Assembly: GCA_030390025.1 (NCBI GenBank)
Contig: CM059432.1
Coordinates: 73,844,001-73,908,000 of the forward strand
DNA length: 64,000 nt
DNA from: Squalus acanthias
Lineage: Eukaryota
Direction: 5' to 3'
In this document: piece by piece, positions 49,826 through 61,503 of the stretch
Layout: the number at the start of each line of letters is the position of its first letter
Numbering within the stretch: position 1 is the first letter of the stretch
Position numbers and translations under genes: made by a program
Notes under the pieces: model-generated
Databases searched by the model: none
What the model was told of the DNA's origin: nothing
What the model saw: only the letters and a program-made list of their open reading frames with translations

Positions 49826-50271
49826 TCCCCATATCCCTTGATTCTCCTACAGTCCAAAATCTATCTCTCTCGCCTTGAATATACTTAACAATTCAGCATC
49901 CACAGCCCTTTGGGGTAGAGAATTCCAAAGATTCACAACCCTCTGAGTGAAGAAATTCCTCCTCTTCTCAGTCTTAAATGGCCGACCCCTTATCCTGAGA
50001 CTATGCCCCCTAGTTCTAGACACTCCAGCCAGGGGAAACAACCTCTCAGCATCTACCCTGTCAATCCCCCTCAGAATCTTATATGTTTCAATTAGATCAC
50101 CTCTCATTCTTCTACACTCCAGAGAGAATAAGGAAAATCGTAGGAGTCCTCCTTGGGATGCTATTGGAAGAGTCCCAGCAGTCAGCTGCATTGTGATTTT
50201 GGCAGATCACCTGCCTACCTTCGCAACCACAGTTGCATCATTGCACAGTATTGGTGCTCTCCTGTTAGAAT

Positions 50272-52500
50272 GGGCTAAAAATTTGTGGCCGCCACATGAG
50301 TTGCCGGTGTCACCGCAGCCTCGGGTTAACAGCCGCTGAAAATAGATGAAGCGCTAAAACGAAGATTTTAAGCCCAGCGCTAACTTACCGTATAATGCCC
50401 CCTTGGTGGCATTAGTGCAGGCATCAGAGACGAAGTTGTCGTCCAGAAGTGGCGTTCGATCTTCCGACAGCCTCTGGAAGCAAGGCAATGGAGTTCGCTA
50501 GGTATTATGGGACATTAAAAGGGCAATGTATTAAAAGGGCAATGCCTTCTGAACTAATAAAAATTAAAATGAAGTAAAAAAAATGCAGTTTTCAGTCCTT
50601 ACTGTCTTTTAAAAAAAATTAACATTAAAAAAAAGTCCCAGGTCTTAAAGCTGAATTGCCTTCCGCTCCTCAAAAAATGAGAAAAGTGCTTCAGCACTAA
50701 CGCAAATGGCTCAGCAAGCCAGGGAAGGGGCACCCAGGGTCTCGCACTCAGCACTCCAGCTTTGTGCAGGGGTCAACACTGCAAGAAAAGTCCTCTACCC
50801 ACAGGGGCCAGGAGCCCTCCAGAAAGAAGGATGTGGGACCACATCACCGAGGCTGTCACTGCCAGCAGTATCCCCCCCACAGCCTGGTTCCAGTGCCCAA
50901 AGAAGCTTCATGACCTCAGACCACTGGTCAAGGTCAGTGAACGCATCTTCACAAGCCGTCACCTACCAACTGCACCACTAGCCTCACACACTTCTCAATT
51001 CTGGGCACCACACTTCAGGAAGGATGCCAAGGCCTGAGAGCGAGTGTAGAGCAGATTTACTAGAATGGTACCAGAGATGAAAGACTTCAGTTACGTGGAG
51101 AGACTAGAGAAACTGGGGTTGTTCTTCCTAGAGCGGAGAAGGTTCAGGGGAGATTTGATAGATGTTCAAAATCTTGAAGGGTTTTGATAGAGTAAATAAG
51201 GAGAACCTGCTTCCAGTGACAGAAGGGTCAGTAACCAGAGGACACAGATTTAAGGTAATTGGCAAAACAACCAGTGGCGACATGAGGAAAACGCAGCGAG
51301 TTGTTATGATCTGGAATGCACTGCCTGAAAAGATGGTGGAAGCCGATTCAATGATAACGTACAAAAGGGAATTGGATAACTACTTGAAAAGGAAAAATTA
51401 GCTTGGCTATGGGGAAATAGCAGGGGAGTGGGACTAATTGGATAGCTCTTTCAAAGAGTCAGCACAGACATGATGAGCCGAATGGCCTCCTTCTGTGCTG
51501 TAATAATCTATGATTCTGTGAAACCTGAATTGGAAACTCACCATTCCTTAGGGATGTGCTTTAAAACAATGTGTACAACCATTCTCCTTTTGCACACATT
51601 CTTTAATTGTGTCCAAGCTGCATGACACTTTTCTTGCAGGTTGAGCTGGCGGATGTGGAACTGCAAATGCAACCTCAGATGCACCTTCTACAGCAGTATC
51701 AAACAGAACTGCATTGCCCACATGTCTCCACTGTGCCATTATGATGCTCAAGCTTCCAGCCTCTTCTGCAGTTAGGGAGTTTTTCAGTGGGGTCAGCAGC
51801 CATGGTTGCAGAGGATAGCCTGGTTCTCCTAAAAGCCACCCACCCAGAGTTTCTCCCCCATCATAGCATGTGGACATCGTGAGAAATCAAGTGTGCTGGA
51901 GGCCCTGCACCTGTATTTCTGCTGGTCCAGAGTAGCTTGAGAGGAACACAGACAATATTGTGCAGAATGATGCTTCTGTAGTCAGATACCATCTGAAGAT
52001 TAAGTGCAACCCCTTTCTCTGCAAGAAAGCTATGCATTGATATGAGTTCACTTATGTGGAACTCTTTGCACTCAAAAGAACTCTGCAGTCCAATGTAAAA
52101 TTGTGTGTCATGTCCAGCTGATGCCTCCCTTCCACAGGAAAAGTAATGACGGTGTCAACATAGCATTTATCACTTCCCTGATAGATGTGTGCAGTGCAAA
52201 CTGTCTGAATTTGCTTGGAAGGATGTGGTGACTTAGAAGCTTTATGCTGTGATAAACTACATATCTACCGGAAGAGTTATCCCTGAACTAGATGTTGTGT
52301 GCAGATCAGTGGTCAGTAATTGGCGCAACTCTGGCTGCCTGTCTTGCGAGTGGAAGATGTAACATTTCCAGGTGCAGATTCCAGGATCGTGATAGTTGGT
52401 GGCTGGAATGCCTTGGAATCGTTGCACTTGCATTTGTCATCACTTCATGAACTCCTCTTCCTAATTGCAATTATGCAGCATATTCAAGATTCCCAAAGGC
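50272..52500. mobile_element. Degenerate Harbinger copy interrupted by a CR1
   Basis: TIR-like GGGCTAAAAATTTG at 50272; Myb exon relic at 50706-50933 (WDHITEAV..WFQCPKKLHDLRPLVK|GT); transposase relic on - (GWLLGEPGYPLQPWLLTPLKN at ~51780-51845). Right boundary uncertain. Confidence 0.7.
50993..51520 (+). mobile_element. CR1 LINE 3' fragment
   Basis: QFWAPHFRKD..FKILKGFDRV..RVVMIWNALP and tail. Confidence 0.9.
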
Positions 52501-52919
52501 TATCCATCCTCACCGCTTAATTTGGTGTCACATCAAAGAAAAAAACAGATAAAAGCAGGAGAACTAGATGCAGTGAGACAGTGAGAGCGGAGAGAGCGAG
52601 CCTGAGGGGAAACAGTGCGAAAGGACAACAGAGAAAAGCGGGAGCAAGCCTGAGGAGAAACAGTGCGAGAGGCTAAGTCAGAGCCAGAGCACGAGCTAAA
52701 AGCAGAAATCTGAGAAAGAAATTCAAAAGTGACGTCACTGCCACGGAGCGAGCGGATTGGTGAGTAACAGGCAAGTGTTAGTTTGTTCATTTGTTTTATT
52801 AAATTGTTCATTTTTCACTGTTGAAATTCACTTGATCGTAGTTTCCATTGTGTTTTTAAATTGATAGATATAATTTCCAGTGCCTTTACCATTTAACTTT
52901 TTACCAATTTAGTATCTCA

Positions 52920-53677
52920 GGGCATGAAATTCGGTTACGCCCATTTGGGGGCGGTAACCGAGTTAAGGCCAGATATTTAGCGCCCGGCGTGGAAGTACCG
53001 CCCCGCACAGGAAGTGGAGCGCAATCTTGGGCAACCACTTCCTGGTGGACCGGTAACCGAGGCAATGTCAGGGTGTGATCGGCAGCGCTCGGTGGAGGCT
53101 CCATGGAGCACCGCCGTGTTTCAACGCCTCTCCCCATCAGTTAAAGGGGAGGGCCGTTGCGCACTCGGCAGGGCCTCCGATGGCCCACACTAGGCCACCA
53201 GGGCGGCGTGGTGCCGCGGCCGCAGCCCAGCACCGAGCCGGGTGCCGGGCTGCATGCTGGCAGCCAGGACCACCACAGAGGGCTGACCTGGAGGACGGCC
53301 AAAAAAAGAAAATGGCGGCGCACTCGCGGCCGCACCTCCCCTGTAAATACCGCCCCGTGAGCAGAGGTCGGCCCAGTTTGCGACCCGCGAGGCTGGCGCT
53401 GACATCGCCCACAGCAGCCTCGCAAGGTGCAGCTGAATTTCTGCCACAGGGCGGTAAGGGGTCACGGCGCACGGCGATGATGTCATCGCCGGCGGCGCAG
53501 CAGTCCGGGGCGCTACCGGCGGGGACCCGGAGCTATCTGTAGCACCTTAGCAATGCCCCGCCGAATTTCTCGCAGGTGCTTTTTTCACGCCCCCCAGGGC
53601 AATAAGCCCTTTGTGCCCCATTAGCGCCCCCCCCGGAGGAGCTAACGGCAGGCACAAAGGAGCCAAATTTATAGCCC
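52920..53677. mobile_element. Non-autonomous Harbinger MITE (family A)
   Basis: TIR GGGCATGAAATTCGG / CCAAATTTATAGCCC; flanks TCA/TAA; right part similar to 19130-19300 (GATGATGTCATCGCC, TTAGCGCCCCCCC). Confidence 0.8.
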
Positions 53678-53750
53678 TAAATTTGAGTTCAGTGTCAAGT
53701 GTTTTAGTGGTCAGGGTCTCAGAGATTTAGCGGTCATTGGATTGACTAAA

Positions 53751-54302
53751 ATGGCAGGCCAACTGGTTGCATACGCATCCTGTTCTATTTGGGAACTCCA
53801 GGACATTTCATGCGACCTGGAAAACCACGTGTGCCAGAAGTTCCACCAGTTGCTCGACCTCAAGCTCGGGGTTTCGGAGCTTGAGGAGCGGGAGTCACTG
53901 CAGCGCATCCAGGAGTCTGAAAGTTTCCTTGAACATATATTCATGGACATGGTCACCCCACAGCTACAGAAGGTGGAGGAGGTGAGGGAATGAGTGACCA
54001 CCAGACGGGGTAGGAGGAAGATGCAGGTAGTGCAGGAATCCCCCACGCCAGTGCCACTCACTAACCGGTTTTCAGTTTTGAATACCCGGAAGGGTGACTA
54101 CTCCTTAGAGGAATGCAGTAAGAATCAAACCCCGCACCATGGGAGATTTGACTGCACACAGGGGAAAAAGAAAGAGTAGAAATGCAGTAGTCATAGGGGA
54201 TTCGATAGTTATGAGCACATACAGGCGTTTCTGTAACCACAAACGTGATTCCCGAATGGTATGTTGCCACCCTGGTGCCAAGGTAAAGGATATCACCCAG
54301 AG
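53751..54302 (+). mobile_element. CR1 ORF1 fragment (Zn finger + start of SGNH esterase)
   Basis: MAGQLV..SCSIWE..HVCQK..; VIGDSIV..MVCCHPGAKVKDITQR; similar to the 29244-29951 ORF1. Its probable 5'UTR is at ~52560-52790. Confidence 0.8.
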
Positions 54303-54307
54303 GGTTT

Positions 54308-55107
54308 GTTTTTATTTGTTCCTGGGATGTGGGCATCACTGGCAAGGCCAGCAGTTATTGCCCATCTCTAAGTGCCCTTGAGAAAGTGGTGGTGAGTCAC
54401 CTTCTTAAACTGCTGCAGTCCATGTGGTGAAGGTACTCCCACAGTGCTGCTAGGGAGGGCGTTCCAGGATTTTGACCCAGCAATGATGAAGGAACAGCGA
54501 GATATTTACAAGTCAGAATGGTGTGTGACTTGGAGGGGAACTTGGAGGTGATGGTGTTCCCATGCGCCTGCTGCCCTTGTCCTTCTGGGTGGTAGAAGTT
54601 GTAGGTTTGGGAGGTGCTGTCGAAAAAGCCTTGGCGAGTTGCTTCAGTGCACCTTGTAAATGGTAGACACTGCAGACACGGTGCACCGGTGGTGGAGGGA
54701 ATGAATGCTTAAGGTGGTGGATGGGGTGCCAATCAAGCGGGCTGCTTTGTCCGAGATAGTGTCAAGCTTCTTGAGTGTTGTTTCTGACCCGATGATGGAG
54801 GGAAGGTCGTTGATGAAGCAGCTGAAGATGGTTGGGCCTAGGACAATGCCCAGAGGAACTCCTGCAGCGATGTCCTGGGGCTGTGATGATTGGCCTCCAA
54901 CAAACACAACCATCTTCCTTTGTGCTAGGTATGACTCCAGCAATGGAGAGTTTCCCCCCTGATTCCCATTGAATTCAATTTTACTAGGGCTCCTTGATGC
55001 CACACTTAGTCAAATGCTGCCTTGATATCAAGGGTAGTCACTCTCACCTCACTTCTTGAATTGAGCTCCTTTGTCCATGTTTGGACCAAGGCTGTAATGA
55101 GGTCTGG
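54308..55107 (-). mobile_element. CR1/L2-group LINE fragment (second family), internally deleted
   Basis: SYLAQRKMVVFVGGQSS..AGVPLGIVLGPTIFSCFINDLP..KAARLIG. Confidence 0.8.
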
Positions 55108-55338
55108 AGATTACTCTTTGCAATTTTTATAAACAACATAGACTCAGGTGTAGGGAGCAGCATTATAAAGTTTGCAGATGATACGAAACTTGGCAAAGAC
55201 GTAGATCACAATGGGGATAGTTATAGGTTTCCGGCTGACAGACAGGATGGTGAAGTGGGCAGAAGCATAGAAAATGGAGTTCAATATGGAGAAGTGTGAA
55301 GTGATGTACTTTGGGAGGACTAATATGGAAAGACAAAC

Positions 55339-56650
55339 GGGGAGAAATTAGTGTGGTTTGTGCCACACATCAGCGCCATGAGATGGTGCTAAAATGCCGT
55401 TTTGAGCTCTAAGGACACCTGATGTCGGTTCCAGCGCTGCATGCCGTATCGGTCTTGCCAGGAGTGCTGCCGCTGAAGTGGATCGCCAGGGACCTCGCCA
55501 TCACGGAGATCGTGACGTCAGTGAGTGTGCAACTTGACGCCCGATCTCCCAACTTCATTACAGCCAATGAACAACGGTGGCATAGTGGTTAGCACTGTTG
55601 CCTCACAGCGCCAGGGACCCGGGTTCGAATCTGGACATGGGTGACTGTCTGTGTGGAGTTTGCACATTCTCCCCGTGTCTGCGTGGGTTTCCTCCGGGTG
55701 CTCCGGTTTCCTCCCACAGTCCAAAGATGTGCGGGTTAGGTTGATTTGGCTATGATAAAATTGACCCTTAGTGTTAGGGGGGATTAAATACGTGGGGTTA
55801 CGGGGATAGGGTGGGATATGTGTCGGTGCAGGCTCGATGGGCCGAAATGGCCTCTATCTGCACAGTGGGGATTCTGTGATTCTGTGAACTTACCGGCTGA
55901 AGAAAGCAATGGCAGGTAGAAGTGGCGGCAGCAGCAGGAAGCCAGCTCTAGTGACGCTATTTAAAGGGATCATCACCCATCAATCGCACCTGACAAGTTT
56001 GTGAAGTTTGAGTGGCTGTGTGCTACTTCCTGCTACTGCAAGAATTTTCTTCAGTAAGTTCAAGTTTCTTTGGTATCAGGGAGTGTTCTGGCAAGCACTA
56101 AACTCCATAATTATTTCTGAAAAGTTTCAACCTACAACACTTGCTAAAAGTCAAGGGGGCTGTATTGGCAGTGGACCTCGCCCTCCAGGATCTACGGCGG
56201 AGGGAGAGGAGGTAGCGAGAAAGACGGGAACATGTGCGCAGAGAGAGGAGGAGGGCCATCAGGGCTCTCAACAGGAGGCCTTACCCACCTAGGGTCTTCC
56301 GACATCATTTCTCCTACCTTCAATTAAGCGAGAAGCAGTGTATTAGGAGGCTCCGCTTCACCAAGGAGGTGGTCACAGAACTCTGCCACCTCCTGCAAGC
56401 AGACCTCCAGCCTGAGAGCAGGGCGACCACGGCACTACCAGTGGCCCTCAAGGTCACCGTGGCCCTCAATTTCTTCGTCAGCGGATCCTTCCAGTCTGCA
56501 GCAGGAGACATAGCTAACATCTCACAATTCATCGTCCATCACTGCATCCGGGAGGTCACTGAGGCTCTCTACAGCAGGAGAAGGGACTACATTGGCTTCC
56601 CGATCAGCAGAGCGTGCATGTGGCTTTGCCAGGATAGCGGGCTTCCAGAG
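55339..56650 (+). mobile_element. Truncated Harbinger copy (left TIR, promoter region, transposase 5' half)
   Basis: GGGGAGAAATTAG end abutting a CR1 fragment (55110-55338); RRPYPPRVFRHHFSYL..LRFTKEVVTELCHLL..GSFQ at 56234-56650. Confidence 0.85.
55573..55886 (+). mobile_element. tRNA-derived V-SINE (HE1-like) nested in the Harbinger copy
   Basis: A box TGGCATAGTGG, B box GGTTCGAATC, V-domain TGTGTGGAGTTTGCACATTCTCCCCGTGTCTGCGTGGGTTTCCTCCGGGTGCTCCGGTTTCCTCCCACA, and a CR1-type GATTCTGT tail. Confidence 0.88.
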
Positions 56651-58303
56651 AAACAGATCTAACTGTTATAAATAACAATTCACATCTCCTTTAGGATAGG
56701 TTGTAAAGATGGGCTCTGAAAACACTACTACATTGGAGTAGGGATAGGAGTAAAAATTAAAATAACATGCTGGATTTAGGATCAGTCTAATCCTGCAGTG
56801 GAAAAGAGCACATTGTGAAAAACAAATTTATTAGGCACTTCCAAAATTGCCTTCTCTAATCTGATTCAGCCAACACTTAATGTGGTTAAGTTTATAACAT
56901 CTGGAGAATATATGTAGCAAGACCTTATGATTGTCCAATGTGTTTAATCCAATTCAACCACTGTTGTAAGCAGGAAGTTATTACTCTGGTGGAGTAACCC
57001 TGACGTCAAGTGGACAGAACTTACCATGCAAAAAATATGCTAAAATGAGCTTGCAATTCCTCTGTTATGGGTGGGTGGGGGGAAGAATTTGGGCCCGTTA
57101 TGCCAGGTCTTGACCCTGATGTGGGCACCAGCCCAAATTATGCTAATTACCTGGACATTACGATTTGGGATGGGCAGGGCATGCATCCACCTCATCCAGA
57201 TGTGCCTCCAGGAGATGAGAAGAAGAATATCTAGCCTAAGCACTCTCTTGTCAACTTTTACACAACGGTCCTGAATTTCTCGAGGTTGTCATGATCTGCC
57301 GTAACCTTGACAGAAAATCTGGGAGAAATGGTGGGAGTGGTTGAAAATGGCCATTAACATTATTTGTCTGGGGGTTCTGCCGATATTCCTATCAAAGTTA
57401 CGGCAGAAAATCAGGACAATCCTCATGGAAACCCAGGGCCCACAAGTTTAGCAGCAGTACCAAATAGTTTCCACTTTGCGCTGAAGCTGAACTTTTGTAG
57501 TGCAAAAACAGAGTTAAGGACTGAGCAGACTCTGAAACAAAATGGTCTAAGACTCACTCTGCTTCACTCTAGTGTCAGGTCGGGAATTGGCTTTGAAATT
57601 TGGCTGCATTTGCACAAAGACATTGTAGAGGCACTGGCACCTTGGATGCTCTGCCTGCCCACAATACAGTGAGCTGATCTTGTCCTATAATGTCAGGTCA
57701 GTTCACTTAACATTTATCTCTTCCAGTGCACAGTGCTGATGTACTGAGAGCTTGCAGGATTCAAAGGATGGAATATCAAGTGTCAGCAGCTCTTAAAGAC
57801 AAAGGGCTAAATATTCGGATGGTTTGCACCACCCATTAACGCCATGAAATGTCAAAAAAACGACGGCTGGCACTTTTCCGCCAGCTGGTGGTGGTTCCCA
57901 CGGCGGGCGCCTTTTTGCAAGGGCCGGTAGTACTGCCAGTAAACGCGATTGCTGGAGGGATTTAAATGAACGAGATCGTGATGTCAGTGAGTGTGCAACA
58001 TTCACTTGACGCCCAATCTGCAGCGTTCGTTTTCGCTGTTCAACTTACCGGCATATCTAAACAACGACAGGAGAGCACGCGTCCAACAGCAGGAGGGAGG
58101 CTCCAGCAGTGATATTTAAAGTGATCATCAGCAATCAGTTGCACCTGACATGTTTGTTCAGTTTGACTGTCTGTGTGCTACTTTCTGCAACTCCGACAGC
58201 TTTCTTTACTTATTTCAAGGTTCTTTGGTAACAGGGAGTGTTGTTGCAGGTGAAGAACTACCTCATTTTTGAAGGCTTCTGTTCACAACACTTGCTCACA
58301 GTC

Positions 58304-59445
58304 ATGGGGGCTGTACTGGCAATTGACATCACGCTCCAGGATCTTTGGCAGAGGGAGTGGAAGGCAGCGAGGAAGACGGGAAGATCCACGCAGAGGGCCA
58401 TGAGGGCTCTCAACAGCAGGCCTTACCCACCTAGGGTCATCCGACAGCACTTCTCCTACCTCCACTTAAGCAAGGAGCAGTGTCTTAAGAGGCTATGCTT
58501 TACCAAGGAGGTGGTCACAGAACTCTGCCACCTCTTGCAACCAGACCTGCAGCCTGAGAGCAGAGCAACCACGTCTCTCCCAGTGGCAGTCAAGGTCACC
58601 GTGGACCTCAATTTCTTCACCAGCGGATCCTTCCAGTGTGCAGCAGGAGCTAACATCTCACAGTTCGCTGTCCATTGCTGCATCCAGAGGTCACTGAGGC
58701 TCTCTACCCTAGGTGAAGGGATTACGTTGGCTTCTCTATCAGCAGAGAGAAGCAGGACTAGCGCACATGTGGCTTTGCCAGGAAAGCAGGCTTCCCCATC
58801 GTGCAGGGCGCCATCAACTGTACACACGTGGCTTTGCGGGCACCACATAACAATCCTGAGATCTTCCGTAACTGCAAAGGCTACCACTCACTTAATGTGC
58901 AGTTGGTGTGCGACCACGCACAGCGAATCCTCACCAATGCCCATTATCCTGGCAGCAGCCATGATGCCTTCATCCTGTACCAGTCCGGTGTGCCAGCAAT
59001 ATTCCATCCACCACAGCAAACTCGAGGATGACTGCTCGGAGACCAGGGCTCATGACTCCCCTCCGCAACCCCAACACTCGTGCCCAGCACTCATATAATG
59101 AGAGCCATGCTTCCACCAGGAACATCACTGAGCAGACCATTAAGCTACTGAAGCAATGGTTCCGCTGCCTTAACCGCTCGGGAGGAGCCCTCCAGTACTC
59201 GGCGGATCAGTTGTCCCATTTCGTGGTGGTCTGCTGCATGCTTCATAACTTGGCCATCATGCGGGCGCAGCCCTTGCCTCCAGGGATTGCGCCAACACCT
59301 CAGGAGGAGGAAGAGGGAGAGGAGGAGGAGGAGGAGGAAGAGGAAGTGGAGCAAGAGGAAGAGGAGGAAGGGAGGAGGCAGGCAGCCAATTGTCCATCTG
59401 GACCAGGCTGTCTGTGAACGGCTCATCAGACTCTAATTTGAATGA
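58304..59445 (+). pseudogene. Harbinger DDE transposase, frameshifted
   Basis: GSFQ..GAINCTH (D changed to N)..KGYHSLNVQLVCD..YPGSSHDA..TEQTIKLLKQWFRCL..CCMLHN; poly-Glu tail. Confidence 0.92.
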
Positions 59446-59623
59446 ATGAAACCCCAGATCCCTGTTGCTCACCACAGCCCCATCATAACATCCCTGTCTC
59501 ATGGAATATCAAAGCGTCCTCCAGGACACAAAGCTGAAATGAGAGACACCACAAAAGATTCCAAACCAAATAAATAAATTTATCAATAATCACATCACAC
59601 ATATTTACAATAATACTATTAAC

Positions 59624-61503
59624 TAATCATCCTTGTGCAATCCCTTAGTGTCTGTCTTTCGTGTTGGTTTTTCTAACCTCGTACTCCTACGAAGTGCTCC
59701 CCCAGTGGCTGCAGCATGGCTGGTGGAAGTCTGCTGAGCTTCCATACGGAGACTTCAGATGGCCTTGCAGGATGACCTCGGGCAGCTCTGGACCTAGAAG
59801 GCCTGCTGTAGACTGCACCACCTCGGCATGGGTGGCAGCAATCTGGGCTGGCTGGCTATCAGGCAGCAGCAAGGGCAATGGTGGCGTGGCAGTGGTGGGA
59901 ACAGGAATGCGGTCATCCTGAGAGAGGACTGCAGGTCCTGTGCCAATAACCCTCTGCTACTCCCCTAGGGCGGCGCCTCAGCATTCCTAGCAATCTGTTG
60001 GAGCACAGATTGCTGGCCTGCTGCGACACCATGAAAGCCCCGGTCAACGGTGGTAAACCCAGCCATGATGGCAGCAGTCAGAGCTTGAAGCTTGGGTGGC
60101 TTCAAGCTGACTGCATGAGAGCAGTCTGAGCTTCTGCTGCAGCACTAAGACGCTGGGTCGGTTCCGCCTGTGCTGCAATGGAAGCTGTGACATCAACCAT
60201 CATGTGCTCCATCACGTCTGGGTCACCAAGGTCTCTTTGGGAGTGTGCCATCATTTCCAGGCTGGAAACCCTGGGCTCCATGCTCTGCATGCCCTGTGCA
60301 ATGTTGGAGACGGACTCCTCAATGCTCCTCGACATTGCTGAGAGGCTCTCTGGCAGCCTTGCCATTGCACCCATCAATTCTGTGTGCATGCTCATCACCC
60401 TTCTTCTGAAGACCTCCCCATCGAGGTCCTCATCTGAGTCCTGTGCAGCAGAACTCGCCCGTGAATTCACCCTCCGGGGAGCTGGCCCCCGAGCTATCCT
60501 TTCCCCCTGACCTTGCTGCAGTCCACTCATGCCCAGTGCCTGACCTTGTGCCGATCCCACTTCTACACTAGCCTCTAAAGTTTGTAGTGTGCCAGTTTCT
60601 GAGCTGGGCTCTGCGAGTGACAGATGCAGTGACTTGGTGTCTTCTTCCTCCTCTTCTTCTGCCCCCTCGCTCTCTGCAGTGCCCTCGGGGACAGGCTGCT
60701 CAGGTGCTTGTTGATTACCTGAAAGCAAAAAGGTACTGGAGTTGGGTTATGGTGAGGGGGGTTTGTGGTGGAAGCCAGAAATGCACGCATACAGCATGAG
60801 TAGCTTGGAAGTGAGAAAGGATTGTGGGCTGAGAGGAAGTGGAATGTGAGAAGAAGGATTAGGAATGAACATACCCTTGTTGTCCCCAAGGGGTTCAACC
60901 TCGCTGGTTGCCACAGCATCGACGACGTGGCACCCAATTATCTGCAACACTCGCCCCTCGAACTGGCTTAGCTGTTGACTGTCCGCCTGGCCCCTGCCTG
61001 TCTGCTCCTGCTCGCAATGATTATGTGCCAGCTTGGCCTGCAAGAGAAAGAGAAGCATTGAGTGCGTTTCGTGCAATGTTTTTGTGACTGCCATAGTTGA
61101 ACAGCTGTCAGTGTGTGCAAGGTGTGAGATGTGGGTGTGAGTGTTGCAGCAGTGGTAAGGTTGTGAGGGTGAAGTGAAGCCATGATTATGAGGTGTGAGT
61201 GGTGATACGTAGAGATTGTTGGTAGGTGAGTGATGAGGTTATGGTGCATAGAGCAGTGTGTGAGGCTTGTGGTGCAGATGGTGGGATATGGCATTTGCTG
61301 AAGCCTTCACTCACCTTGATCTGCCGTGTGAGGTTATTAAACTTCTTCCTGCACTGAGTGTGGCACCGGGATGTGTATGGCGAGGGCCTCCTGCCAGTTT
61401 GCGGGTATAGGACCAGCCGCTTCCTCTGCACCGCAAATACCAGTGCCTGTAGAGCTTCATCCGAGAACCTCCAGGCTCTCTCCCTCGGTCTAGGATCTGC
61501 CAT
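59624..61503 (-). pseudogene. Harbinger Myb/SANT-like gene, 3 exons (61503-61315, 61037-60875, 60718-~59624)
   Basis: RFSDEALQALV..QCRKKFNNL|GTGAGT; 163 nt exon 2 as in copy 1; exon 1 has an in-frame deletion of ~17 aa; exon 3 is frameshifted near 60102. Confidence 0.85.

Larger units (their letters stand above)
49609..50128 (-). mobile_element. CR1 LINE 3' fragment containing a 100 bp insertion
   Basis: [25 protein letters not shown] and a CR1 tail at 49609. Confidence 0.9.

Noticed and set aside
55573..55640. tRNA gene (also at 13282, ~4200 and ~39850)
   Set aside because: The A/B boxes continue into SINE bodies and LINE-derived tails; these are SINE heads.
47660..59445. Host HARBI1 or MSANTD/NAIF1 genes
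   Set aside because: The ORFs lie within TIR/TSD-bounded elements, are multi-copy, frameshifted and have catalytic Asp substitutions. They are transposon pseudogenes.
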